Origin: Eledone cirrhosa
Taxonomy: Eukaryota
Assembly (NCBI GenBank): GCA_964016885.1
Contig: OZ024741.1
Coordinates: 297,414,001 to 297,478,000 of the forward strand
DNA: 64,000 bases
Direction of reading: 5' to 3'
Shown: one piece after another, positions 25,535 through 40,183 of the stretch
Layout of the letters: the number at the start of each line of letters is the position of its first letter
Position numbering within the stretch: the first letter of the stretch is position 1
Made by a program: the position numbers and the translations under genes
Notes under the pieces: model-generated
The model's input: the letters and a program-made list of their open reading frames with translations, nothing else
Database searches by the model: none
What the model was told of the DNA's origin: nothing

Positions 25535-27259
25535 ATAAAGAAAAAAGATAAAGAAAAAGAAAAATAGAGAGAAAAATAAAAGTAGTGATAATAAATGAAT
25601 AATAATAAATAAGTTATAGCAAAGATGATAAAAAATAAATAACATTTTTTATATGTGTGCGAAGAAAATGAACATAATATGATTGTTGAAAATAGTTGTG
25701 GTGTTGGTGGTTAAAATATAAAGATATCATAGTATAAACATAGAAGGTAGTTTGGTTTTTATAGAGAAGTTAAATATATTTAACTCCTCTATAAAACCCA
25801 AACTACCTTCTATATTCTTTAAATTAATTGACAAGCACTTCCCTAAACTTCACAAATACCATAAAATCTTTAATAGCAATACTATCAAACTATCTTACTC
25901 TACTGTAACCAACATAGAATCATACATACAGAAAATTAACTATAAAAGAATCTCTAATAGTCTGCAAACAAGCACCATAACACGAAATACAAAACACATA
26001 ACAACATCATAACCACACGCACGTCAAAACACATCACAACAATACATCAACAAACCCAAATCTCAGCCCTTACATAACAACATACAAACCGCATCGCTGA
26101 ACCGGCACATAAGAAGGCCTCAAAATGTAACTGTTACTTACCGGATAAGTGCTCACTACAAAATAGATACCTTGAATCTAATATAGTGTACCTATGTACT
26201 ATAAATTCAAGCAACTTAGCATGGCACTACATAGGTTCTACGGCGGGGGAGTTAAAAAAACGATGGTACATCCACAGACACTCTATAAAGAACCGTAAAC
26301 TAATGAATACAACAACGCTCGCCAATAAAATCTGGCAGCTTAAAGATACAAACCAAGAATACAGGATTAGCTGGTCTAAATTGTCAGGGGTAATGGCCTA
26401 CAAAATTGGCATGTCCCACTGTAGACTTTGTAATATCGAATTATTCCATATTTTAAAATATGACAAAATGCTGCTTTACAGCAAAATTGAACGGTCAATT
26501 TTCTGTAGACATAAAGCAGCAAATAAATTCGATAATTTCAAACCAACTTGATTCGACCCAACAATTCCATAATTCAAATTATACCACCTGAGTCTATTAT
26601 AATAACCCATTATCATCATTGTTGCTATTATTGTTATTAACTGTCAATGAATCAACATCATAACCTATAATATTTTCTCTCTTTCAACTTCTTTCCCTAA
26701 ATATATTTCATCTCTTACATTATAACCTATCGTATTATCTTCACTTCTAATATAACTCCCAATTTATTAATTTATTAATTTAAATAATACATATGAATAT
26801 ATTTAATATCTTTATATTTTAACCACCAGCACCACAACTATTTTCAACAATCATATTATGTTCATTTTCTTCGCACACATATAAATATTATTATTTATTT
26901 TTTATCCTCTTCGCTATAACTTATTTATTATTATTCATTTATTATCCCTACTTTTATTTTTCTCTCTATTTTTCTTTTTCTTTATCTTTTTTCTTTATTC
27001 TTTCTTTCTCTTTTTTTTTTCTCTCTATCTTTTTTTCCCTATCTTTTTCTTTTTTTCTTTATTACTGATGTTGTAATTTGAATTTGTAAACGCTATGTAT
27101 AATTTTATTCAGTTAAGCACACATCGTATTTAAAATTGAGTGACACAACTTCAAGTGATTAGCAATTTTAAGACAACTTAATCAATGAAACAATTGTTAA
27201 TACTGTAAATAAAACCCTTCTTGTACTGTTGACCATGTTATTCTTCACTCTTTCACTAT
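25148..27259 (+). mobile_element. Penelope-like element 3' part (GIY-YIG, 25752-26551) flanked by an inverted copy of its 3' region
   Basis: FFKLIDKHFP..HKYHKIFNSNTIKLSYS; VYLCTI..YIGST..LKKRWYIH..TTLANKIW.LK..CRLCNIE..CRH; 25148-25730 is the reverse complement of 26806-27259. Confidence 0.85.
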
Positions 27260-27723
27260 TATTACTCCAAAATTAACTTACATAGGAATTCCTGAGAACT
27301 CATATACTCGCTACCTAAAGAAACCTCTTGTTGAGTCAAACAATGCCGTGCGCTAAAACTATCCACAATACGGAGTATTCACAACCTCTAACTGGATTAC
27401 CTATCACGATAACTTATCCCTTATATATATATGCTTTAAATCTTCATCAACACTCCTTCACTCCCACATTCATTAACCCCCCCCCCCAGACACACCCAAA
27501 TCTCTCATATATAGAGTCACATATCACAACACAACCTGATCTCAGTTTGACAAACGCCACCGACAAATGCGAGAAAGTTCTCCAGGAAAGTTAACCAGGA
27601 ATCTTAAAACATCTCCCTACCGAAGTTAACAAAGACCTTACTAGATCTACCAAATCATAATATTATAAAATTTAATCAAATTGTTTAGAACTATATATAA
27701 TATATATATAATCTTATATATAA

Positions 27724-28712
27724 CTAGCATTAAAGCCCGGTGTTGCTCGGGGTCATTAAGTTACCAAAGTTAGGTTGCAACACCCATTTTATGGCAGCAC
27801 TTTTTTGTCTGCCAGGCACTGGGTGAATGAATTGCAGACCTGGATTGCCGAAGCAGGAGCTGCGCCAGCAGTGGCAATTGTAGTTTCGCCTATGGATATT
27901 ATCTCTGTGCAAAGAAGTGTTGAAATTTATTGTTTCACAGTACTTGCGCAACACACGCGTAGACGATGCCAGCCGAACAACAGAGCTGCGATGGAGTTGT
28001 TCTGCATGGTTGTCTAATGTGTGTTTTCTAAATTTAAGACAGTAGGAGGGGTGTGATATGGGGGAGAGTTAGCTGCTGTTTCTAGCAGGTTTAGTGACCT
28101 CATAGAGGATATGTTTTCTAAATTTAAGACAGTAGGGAGGGGTGTGATATGGGGGAGAGTTAGCTGCTGTTTCTAGCAGGTTTAGTGACCTCACAGAGGA
28201 TATTATTGTGTATAGTAAATAAACTGATACTTCTTTCTTCCACGTTCGTTGAGAGATGTTTTAAAAAAGATTTATCGCTATTTTTGTTGTTGTTGAATAA
28301 ATTTATCTGTTGCTTTTGAATAATTGTTGTTTCGACTCAAAAACAAACGTTCTCTCTCTCTCCTTCATTTCTTTCTCTCTTCTTTCTTTGGCGTTCCTAA
28401 AGGAAGTTGGTAAGTTTAAGCGTATCTAAGAGAAAGTTGCAGCATGTATGTAGTTTTATCGAATTTTAAGGGGAGTAGAGAGAGGAAAATCTGATTGTAT
28501 TAGAGGGTAAAGCGTCATGTATTTAGTTTTATCGATTATTTCCGTAATTGTGGGTGAGTTTGAATGAAATAAATAGTCGTTGACCTAAGTTAGACCATTT
28601 ACAACATTCTTACAGACTTTGAGTCGAATCGGTTTAAAATTGTGAAAATGTATAAACATGGAACATGCACACATACACACACACACAACAACAACAATCT
28701 GCCTTTTATAGA
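27724..28712 (-). mobile_element. Non-autonomous Helitron
   Basis: On - strand: 5' TCTATAAAAGGCAGA...; 3' CCCGAGCAACACCGGG hairpin then CTAG; sits in A|T; 3' end nearly identical to 31324-31353. Confidence 0.7.
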
Positions 28713-29289
28713 TAATGGTGATTGGTGAACTGTGAGATTCTGTCCAGTTTATTATTTTTACATCACGTTATTAAAATAAGTTGGATTACTTTGAATAAAT
28801 CATGAATGAATATTATGTAATTTATCTACTAAATTTCTTACTTTTTGAGTAAACATAAATAATCCTATATATAATGTATTGCTTATTTCAAGATTCACTT
28901 ATGTTAAAACTTTTAAATGTCAACTTCCGTTAGCGTTCATATCAAGTTTCTCATCAACATTCTCAAGTGAAGATTCATGAACATTTTCCGTTAACAATCT
29001 CATCATTTTTCCATCTTCATTATCATTTTTTTTTATGGGATTACTTTACCGATCACAAAAGAAAGTGTAACACAGTATTGGTTCAATTTATGTGCATATA
29101 CTTTTCTGTTTATGTACCATATTTATATGCATATATATTTGCATATAATATCAATATGCACACTACATATGCTAGCAGAAAACCACCCGGTGGGTGGTTC
29201 TTCTGCTGGCATACATAATATATATATAATATATATACATAATATATATATATATACACATAATATATATATATATATTATATATTATA

Positions 29290-30005
29290 ACAAAGAGGGT
29301 GTGGTAAGATACCAGGTGGACCATAACGCACTAGAGTACTCAATAGTACCCAAAATATATAGAGTGGGTAATAGGAAAAGAGTCAGGACCCCGGCGGCTG
29401 AGCTCCAGCCATTTCGACAGCCCTTCCTGTGCCTCAGAGTAATTGATAACTAGATTTCTTTATCAGGAACTGATTTAGTATTAAAATATAAATGCTTGGC
29501 TTTTTAGCCAAGTGTTAGATTAGGCAAACTTAACTTAAACACCCTACGCTACCTTCTTTGATTCTTACACGCTGAAATTATATTCTATCTCTGGTTTAAA
29601 ATTTTTTTTTTATCCCTTCGAATTGAAGTTTACCGTTTCTATAGATTAAAGATAGTTGTATAGGATAAAATCTCTCTTAATGTTGTGTGTGTATGCCTGA
29701 CTGGCTTGGCATCCTCAGGTCAGTCTGCCTTCTTACCCCTTCCACCTGTTTATCCCCCCGCTGCCATGAAGGTAATAAACTATGTACACAACATCTCAGA
29801 TCACTGACCACACCCCATGAAAGACAAGAAAAACAACAAACTTTTAGGATTTTTTGCTTTTTTTTGCTTTGACTGCATGCTCATATATGGTACCCCTTGA
29901 TAAGTTCAGCCAGATTCCTGCCATTTTAATACTGGTGGCTTAGTTCGGATCTAGCTGTCGAAACTGCTGGAGCTCAGCCGTTGTGGTCTGACTCTTTTCC
30001 TATTA
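29290..30005. mobile_element. Non-coding repeat with inverted ends carrying decayed hammerhead motifs (family also at 63177-63320)
   Basis: GCTGTCGAAA..GC.GGAGCTCAGCCG..G.GGTC.TGACTCTTTTCCTATTA on - at ~29368-29421 and on + at ~29954-30005. Confidence 0.6.
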
Positions 30006-30707
30006 TATATTATATATGTACGTGTGTGTCAGCATGTATTTGTATGTATATGTTTATGTAGATTTAAAGGAAAATAACTCTGTGCCCTTTTATAAAAAAA
30101 AAGTAAGTAAAAAAATAGAAAAACACTTCCACCAGCATGGTGTAGCGTATTCCACCGAACATTAGATTAGGCCCTTTTATTTTCCTTGGAAGAAGAGATT
30201 TTAATTTCAAAATATCAGGACATATAAATAAATTAAGTTTAAACACATAATATCTTTTTTCATCTGACTTCTTTATCCATCCATTTCGCATTGTCATGGC
30301 TTTCAAACTTCAAATTCTCTCTATATAATACAGATAATATATCTATATTAATAAAGCTGACGGCTGTATGTATGTAACAAACTTTTGGCAAAACGACTGG
30401 ACCAAGATTTGCCCCAGATTTGCACCATAGATGTAACTTTTTCCAAGGAAGAATGTGAGACTATTTTTGTCTACTAAATTTCGTTATTATTGATTAAAGA
30501 AATTTTGTTTATCTAAAGATACACTTCTTTACAATTTTCAAATGTTAACACTTCTGGTTAGCGATCGCTTAAATAAACATTCATATATTTTGCAGTATAT
30601 ATATAATATCGTCTTTTTTACAAATGTATCATAGATTAAATTTCTGTGTATATTGTCAATCTCTATCTTATATTAATAAAGCTGACTACATTACTGGTAC
30701 TTTATTA

Positions 30708-31353
30708 TCTATATATATAAAGCTGTGGTTGTCTGTCTGTCTATCGATTTTTGGCACACATCTCCTCTTAGAATCTCTGACGGAATTGCACCGAAATTGC
30801 TATACTTGTACATTGAGCCCTAGCGAAGACATCGGAAAAAAATATTTCAAATTGACCCACCCTATGTGACGAAATCGAATCTAATGTATCGATTTTTGAG
30901 TTATTTCCCTTTGTTCTGTTTACATTGAGCGTCTTACGTTCTGTTTACATTTTCTGCGTGCAAAAATTAAAAAAATTACGCTGGCTTTCTCAGCGTTTAA
31001 AATGACATTAACACAATACACGAACAGTTGTCGAGCCAGCAAAATTTTGACCTGCAAAATTCATCAGTTCGAACACTAAGCTTCCGTTTTGCTTCATTTC
31101 CATTTAAAAGCCTTTTAAAACAATATTTTTATTTGAAAACAAGTCTATTTAAAGACTACGTAAAACAAGCAAATATTTCGTAAAAAAAAGCAAAAATTAT
31201 ATAAGTTTATTTAAAATATATGTATCTGTAAATTTCGTTAGGCGTGCAGACAGACAGTCGTGCAGACAGACTTTAAGCCAAAAAAGAAACTTAACATTGT
31301 AACTTTAACACAGCTACTGAGCGACCCCGAGCAACGCCGGGCTTTACTGCTAG
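30708..31353 (+). mobile_element. Non-autonomous Helitron
   Basis: A|TCTATATATATAAAGCTG..(GTCT)n 5' end; CCCGAGCAACGCCGGG hairpin + CTAG|T 3' end. Confidence 0.75.
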
Positions 31354-31357
31354 TATA

Positions 31358-31787
31358 TCTATATATCTAAAACAGAGAATGTCTGTCTGTCTATCTGACT
31401 CCCTAAAACTCGAGAACCACCCAACCAAGTTTTTTCAAACTTTACACATGTAATACTTATGGTCGTGTGAGTGTTTTGAGCAAAAAATATTTCAAATTTT
31501 CAATGCCCCAGGAACCGCATTAGGTGATTTAGCGATTTCTCTCTGTCTTTCTTAGTCTGTCTTTTTAGATAGATACAAAGCTATGACGTCGCACCTTTAT
31601 AATATCTGACTGTATGTCTGCTGTCTGCATTACGACATTATGACACTATCTGTGTGTATATATGTATATACAGTGTGTAGCGTTTTTCTAAATATTTACT
31701 ACTTCTGCGTTCATAGATTGATTTTTTTTAGTTTCAGAAGATCCCATTAAGGGTGAAAGCAGCGATTCTTCGCTTAAACTTTAATCT

Positions 31788-31844
<57 letters not shown>

Positions 31845-32432
31845 AAAATGAAGATAAATTAAATGAATTTAATCTATATCAATTTCTAGTTATTATAAAA
31901 TGCTCGGACCTACTCGATAGAATCTTTGAGCTTATTTTCCGGGTGATATGGCGCATGCCGTCCTGGCATGACACCCATAATTTTGATTTAGATTAAATTC
32001 ATTTAATTTATCTTAATTTTGGATATAGATATATAAATACGGCTCCTTAATTGTAGAGCTAATTCTGTTGAAAGGAATCGACTGCTGTTTCTAGTTGTCG
32101 ATAACCCTATTCACGCCACTGAGACGAAGCTACTATGATGCGTAAATACAACACATGGTAATAGCCAGTTGCAGATTTGAACTTGTAGTGTAAACACGGA
32201 TTGCTGGAAATTTTCTTCCTTGTTGAAAATCCAAAATCTCCACTTCTGTGGTTTACCATCTGATTAATTGGTGAAATATATACAGGGAAGATTAATCATA
32301 TTATAAGGTATCTATTTTTGAAGTTCTAGTCAACTTTATTTAGTTACCTACCTAGCTATGTGTGGTTACACACTTGTAAAACTTATCTCCTGTGATTATT
32401 CATGTTTATATATATGTTAATCAATTTCTAGT

Positions 32433-32487
<55 letters not shown>

Positions 32488-32583
32488 TATATTCGTGTAC
32501 AGATATTTTTGCATACAACTCGGTTGAGTGGTTCTCGAGTTTTAGGGAGTCAGACAGACATTCTCTGTTTTAGATATATAGAT
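31358..32583. mobile_element. Two inverted Helitron-like 5' ends (31358-~31430 on +, ~32515-32583 on -)
   Basis: TCTATATATCTAAAACAGAGAATGTCTGTCTG..ACTCCCTAAAACTCGAGAACCAC and its reverse complement. Confidence 0.6.
31841..32024. mobile_element. Small fold-back element with ~35-bp terminal inverted repeats next to (TA)n
   Basis: ATCCAAAATGAAGATAAATTAAATGAATTTAATCTA ... TAGATTAAATTCATTTAATTTATCTTAATTTTGGAT. Confidence 0.65.
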
Positions 32584-32879
32584 AATACAGATAATATATC
32601 TAACCCATGCTAGCGTAGAAGAACGGACGTAAAACGGTGATGATGATGATATATATATAATACAGATAATATATATATATATAATATATATATATAATAT
32701 ATATATATATAATATATATATATATAATATATATATTATATATATATATATAAATATAATATATATATATATATCATATATATATATATAAATATAATAT
32801 ATATATATATATCATATATATATATATATATATATAATATATATATATATATAATATATATATATATATAATATAATAT

Positions 32880-32936
<57 letters not shown>

Positions 32937-33088
32937 TATATATATAATATATATAATATATATATATATATAATATATATATATATATAATATATATAAT
33001 ATATATATATATATATAATATATATAATATATATATATATAATAATATATATATATATAATATATATATATATATAATATATATATAT

Positions 33089-33288
33089 NNNNNNNNNNNN
33101 NNNNNNNNNNNNNNNNNNNNNNNNNNNNNNNNNNNNNNNNNNNNNNNNNNNNNNNNNNNNNNNNNNNNNNNNNNNNNNNNNNNNNNNNNNNNNNNNNNNN
33201 NNNNNNNNNNNNNNNNNNNNNNNNNNNNNNNNNNNNNNNNNNNNNNNNNNNNNNNNNNNNNNNNNNNNNNNNNNNNNNNNNNNNNNNN
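33089..33288. other. Assembly gap (200 N)
   Basis: Run of n. Confidence 1.
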
Positions 33289-33451
33289 ATATATATTATA
33301 TATATATACATATATATATATAAATATTAATATTATTACATATAAATATATATATAAATACATATATATATATATATATACATATAATATATACATATAT
33401 ATATATATACATATCATATATATATACTATTACATACATATATATATTAAC

Positions 33452-33482
<31 letters not shown>

Positions 33483-33512
33483 CATACATATATATATACA
33501 TATATATATATA

Positions 33513-34148
33513 ATCATCATCATCATCATCAGGTTTAGCGTCCGTGTTCCACGCTTGCATGGGTTTGGACGGGGGTTTTCCACTTGAGGCAAGAGTGGTT
33601 GTCTTGCTCGCATAGGACTGTCTGGCGGGTTTTCTACAGTTGGATATTCACACATTTACAGTGTGGGGCTGGGAGGTTTTTACCGTGTTGCCTACACGGC
33701 ACATTACAGCGTGGACTGTCTGGCGGTTTTCTACAGCTGGATGCCCTTCCTAACACCAACCACATTTACAGTGTGGGGCTGGGAGGTTTTTACCGTGTTG
33801 CCCACACGGCCACATTTACAGCGTGGACTGTGTGTTTTTTGTCGTGACACCTACACGATCTCATTTGTTTCGGCCTGGATGTTGTGGGACCAACATAACT
33901 TTACATTGAAGGGGCGGTGTGGGTGGGGTGGAGGTGGTGGGACGGGGGTGTGTTTTGATAGAGATGCCTACTGACTGTAGTAGGTTTTTACTTTGTATTT
34001 AGGTAAGGCGGGTCTTCTCTATTACTGAGTACCGCAAAGGTCTCGGTCCAGTGACATTGTCTTGGAGAGGTGTAAGCGTGTGAGGTCGGAATTTATCAGC
34101 TCGTCCATGTTTTCTGGGTCTGCCTACTCCGTGGCTACCGTCTCTCTT
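33513..34148 (-). mobile_element. RTE LINE 3' end + UTR (close relative of 10404-10940) with an internal duplication
   Basis: GRPRKH...RYSVIEKTRLT and a UTR nearly identical to 10420-10800. Confidence 0.8.
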
Positions 34149-34188
34149 ATTATACATATATATATATTCATATACATATATATATATA

Positions 34189-34229
<41 letters not shown>

Positions 34230-35135
34230 ACATACATACATATATATATATTATATATACATATATATACATACATATATATATATACAGTATAATATAC
34301 TACTATACATATATATATATATACATATATATATATACACATATATATATATACATATAATATATATACATATATATATATACATATATATATATACATA
34401 TATATTATACATATATATATATACATATATATATCATATATATATATATACATATATAATATACATATATATATATACATACATATATAATATACATACA
34501 TATATAATACATATATATATACATATATATATATACATATATAGTATATACATATATATATATACATATATATATATATACATATATATTATATATACAT
34601 ATATATATATACATACATATATATACATATATATATATACATACATATATATATACATATATATATATACATATATATATATATACATATATATATATAC
34701 ATACATATATATATACATACATATATATATATACATATATATATATATACATATATATATATACATATATATATATACATACATATATATATATACATAT
34801 ATATATATACATACATATATATATATACATACATATATATATACATATATATATATACATATATATATATACATACATATATATATATACATATATATAT
34901 ATACATACATATATATATATACATATATATATATACATACATATATATATATACATATATATATATACATACATATATATATATACATATATATATATAC
35001 ATACATATATATATACATATATATATATACATACATATATATATACATATATATATATACATACATATATATATACATATATATATATACATATATATAT
35101 ACATATATATATATATATTACATATATATATATAC

Positions 35136-35254
<119 letters not shown>

Positions 35255-35468
35255 TACATATATATATACATATATATACATATATACATATATATATACA
35301 TATATATATATATACACATATATATATATATACACATATATATACATATATATATATATACACATATATATACATATATATATATATACATATATAATAT
35401 ACATATATATATATATACATATACATATATATATACATATATATATATATACATATACATATATATAC

Positions 35469-35531
<63 letters not shown>

Positions 35532-35546
35532 CATATATATATATAT

Positions 35547-35580
<34 letters not shown>

Positions 35581-35589
35581 CATATATAC

Positions 35590-35622
<33 letters not shown>

Positions 35623-35847
35623 ATATATACATATATATATATACATACATATATATATATACATACATATATATATATTACATATATATATATATATACA
35701 TACAATATATATATACATACATATATATATATACATACATATATTATATATATACATACTGATAATATATATATATACATACATACATATATATATATAT
35801 ATACATACATATATATATATTATACATACATATATATATATACATAC

Positions 35848-35880
<33 letters not shown>

Positions 35881-35935
35881 CAACATATATATATACATAT
35901 ATATATATATATACATACATATAATATATACATAC

Positions 35936-35966
<31 letters not shown>

Positions 35967-36036
35967 CATATATATATAATACATATATATACATATATAT
36001 ATACATATATATATACATATATACATATATATATAC

Positions 36037-36163
<127 letters not shown>

Positions 36164-36178
36164 CATATATATATATAC

Positions 36179-36251
<73 letters not shown>

Positions 36252-36296
36252 CATATATATATAACATATATATATATACATAGTATATATATATAC

Positions 36297-36327
<31 letters not shown>

Positions 36328-36328
36328 C

Positions 36329-36393
<65 letters not shown>

Positions 36394-36462
36394 CATATAT
36401 ATATATAAGTATGTATGTATACGTACATACATATATGTATACAGACGTACAGTAGCATGCAT

Positions 36463-36496
<34 letters not shown>

Positions 36497-36670
36497 ATAT
36501 ACACATATGCATACAGATACACATACATATATGCACGCATCAGTTTAGCCTACGTTTATTATAACGCCGGCCGCTTTGTTCGTTTGTTTGTCAACAAAGC
36601 GAACAGCCTGAATTTATGCCATACGGTGTTAAGGCAACCACGTCACCTTTTTGTTCAACACTGACACAGG

Positions 36671-36715
36671 AACGATGTACTAGTTTCAAGCTTGTTAGCT
36701 ATCATCAGCACCGTT
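36671..36715 (-). ncRNA. Type I minimal hammerhead ribozyme (left arm)
   Basis: AACGGTG-CTGATGA-TAGC TAACAA GCTT-GAAA-CTAG-TA-CATCGTT: stem I pairs, palindromic stem III, GUA triplet. Confidence 0.8.
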
Positions 36716-37089
36716 TACCCATCTGCCAGATAGTTGAACGTTCGAAAGTATATACTTTCCTTATGAAAATTAACGGCTGAGCAGCCTAATTTGCATATTG
36801 AGTGAGTTAAATCGGTCAGGCATACCGAAAACGATTAGTTGAAAAAAATGAAAACGAAATTTCATTTCTCACTCTTAGTATGGCACTTTATGTATATATA
36901 TATATGTATGTATATATAAGTGCCATACTAAGAGTGAGAAATGAAATTTCGTTTTCATTTTTTTCAACTAATCGTTTTCGGTATGCCTGACCGATTTAAC
37001 TCACTCAATATGCAAATTAGGCTGCTCAGCCGTTATTTTTCATAAGGAAAGTATATACTTTCGAACGTTCAACTATCTGGCAGATGGGT

Positions 37090-37136
37090 AAACGGTGCTG
37101 ATGATAGCTAACAAACTTGAAACTAGTACATCGTTT
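37090..37136 (+). ncRNA. Type I minimal hammerhead ribozyme (right arm)
   Basis: AAACGGTG-CTGATGA-TAGCTAACAAACTT-GAAA-CTAG-TA-CATCGTTT; 8-bp stem I; one stem II mismatch relative to the left copy. Confidence 0.75.
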
Positions 37137-37464
37137 CCTGTGTCAGTGTTGAACAAATAGGTGACGTGGTGGCCGTAACACCGTATGGCATAAATTCAGG
37201 CTGTTCGCTTGTTGACAAACAAACGAACAAAGCGGCCGGCGTTATAATAACGTAGGCTAAACTGATGCGTGCATATATGTATGTGGTACCTGTATGCATG
37301 ATGTGTATATATATGTGTATAGATAGTATATATATAGTGGTATATATATGCATGCTACTGTACGTCTGTATACATATAGGTATGTACGTATACATACATA
37401 CTTACATTTAAGTAAGTGCCATACTAAGAGTGAGAAATGAAATTTCGTTTTCATTTTTTTCAAC

Positions 37465-37497
<33 letters not shown>

Positions 37498-37580
37498 CAT
37501 ACATATATATATATACATACATATACATACATATATATATATATAAATACATATACATATTTATACATACATACATACAT

Positions 37581-37629
<49 letters not shown>

Positions 37630-37877
37630 CATACATATACATATATACATACATATACGATATATATATATTATATACATACATTATACATATATACATA
37701 CATATACATATATACATATATATACATATATACATATATATACATATATATATACATATATATATACATATAATATATATACATTATATACATACATATA
37801 CATATATATACATACATATACATATATATACATACATATACATATGATACATATATATATACATTATATATACATAT

Positions 37878-37931
<54 letters not shown>

Positions 37932-37965
37932 CATATATATACATATATATATACATATATATACA

Positions 37966-38005
<40 letters not shown>

Positions 38006-38325
38006 CATATATATACATATATATATACATATATATACATATATATATACATATATATACATATATATACATATATATACATATATATATACATATATAT
38101 ACATATATTATATACATATATAGACATATATATATACATATATATACATATATATATACATATATATATACATATATTAGACATATATATATACATATAT
38201 ATATACATATATAGACATATATATATACATATATATACATATATATATACATATATATATACATATATATACATATATATATATATATATACATTATATA
38301 TACATATATATACATATATATATAC

Positions 38326-38356
<31 letters not shown>

Positions 38357-38364
38357 CATATATA

Positions 38365-38419
<55 letters not shown>

Positions 38420-38456
38420 CATATATATATACATATATATACATATATATATATAC

Positions 38457-38489
<33 letters not shown>

Positions 38490-38654
38490 CATATATATAC
38501 ATATATATACATATATATATATATATAGTACATATATATACATATATATATACATATATATACATATATATATACATATATACATATATATATACATATA
38601 TATACATATATATATACATATATATACATATATATATATATATATACATATATA

Positions 38655-38725
<71 letters not shown>

Positions 38726-38775
38726 TATACATATATATATACATATATATACATATATATATACATATATATACA

Positions 38776-38833
<58 letters not shown>

Positions 38834-38954
38834 CATATATATACATATATATACATATATATACATATATATACATATATATACATATATATATATATAT
38901 ACATATATATCATATATATATACATATATATACATATATATACATATATATACA

Positions 38955-39039
<85 letters not shown>

Positions 39040-39135
39040 TACATATATATATATATATATACATATATATATACATATATATATTACATATATATATATA
39101 TATATGTATACATATATATATATAGATAGTATACT

Positions 39136-39167
<32 letters not shown>

Positions 39168-39199
39168 GATATACATATATACATATATATATATACATA

Positions 39200-39265
<66 letters not shown>

Positions 39266-39279
39266 ACATATATATATAC

Positions 39280-39378
<99 letters not shown>

Positions 39379-39420
39379 CATATATATATATATATGTACA
39401 TATATATATATATATATATA

Positions 39421-39486
<66 letters not shown>

Positions 39487-39525
39487 ATACATACATATAT
39501 ATATATATACATACATAGATATATT

Positions 39526-39580
<55 letters not shown>

Positions 39581-39640
39581 TATACATATATATACAGTTT
39601 ATATACATATATATATATACATATATATACATATATATAC

Positions 39641-39689
<49 letters not shown>

Positions 39690-39769
39690 CATATATATAC
39701 ATATATATATATTATATATATACATATATATACATGTATTATATATACATATATATATATTATATATAC

Positions 39770-39870
<101 letters not shown>

Positions 39871-39881
39871 TATTTATATAC

Positions 39882-39912
<31 letters not shown>

Positions 39913-40149
39913 CATTATATATATATATATACATATATACATATATATACATATACATATATACATATATATACATATATACATATATATATAGATATTA
40001 CATATATATATACATATATACATATATATATACATATATACATATATATATACATTATACTTATATATACATATATACATATTTATACATATATACATAT
40101 ATAACATATATACATATATATATACATATATACATATTATACATTATAC

Positions 40150-40183
<34 letters not shown>

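Larger units (their letters stand above)
36407..37463. mobile_element. Fold-back non-coding element: ~480-bp inverted arms (36407-36888 / 36917-37405) plus a partial direct repeat (37412-37463)
   Basis: Arms are reverse complements with scattered differences; TAAGTGCCATACTAAGAGTGAGAAATGAAATTTCG restarts at 37412. Confidence 0.85.

Noticed and set aside
27140-27210. Possible HHR in the Penelope terminal repeat (TGATTA..TAATCA-AT-GAAA-CAATTG-TT)
   Set aside because: No recognisable CUGANGA box or convincing stem I; at best a relic
23710-27490. Inverted ~70-bp pair (23710-23790 versus 27427-27490) as ends of one large element
   Set aside because: More simply two dispersed copies of a small repeat; no TSD or coherent internal structure
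28919-29045. Short acidic minus-strand reading frame (NDNEDGKMMRLLTENVHESSLENVDEKLDMNANGS*) as a terminal exon
   Set aside because: Weak acceptor, no recognisable homology, no partner exons
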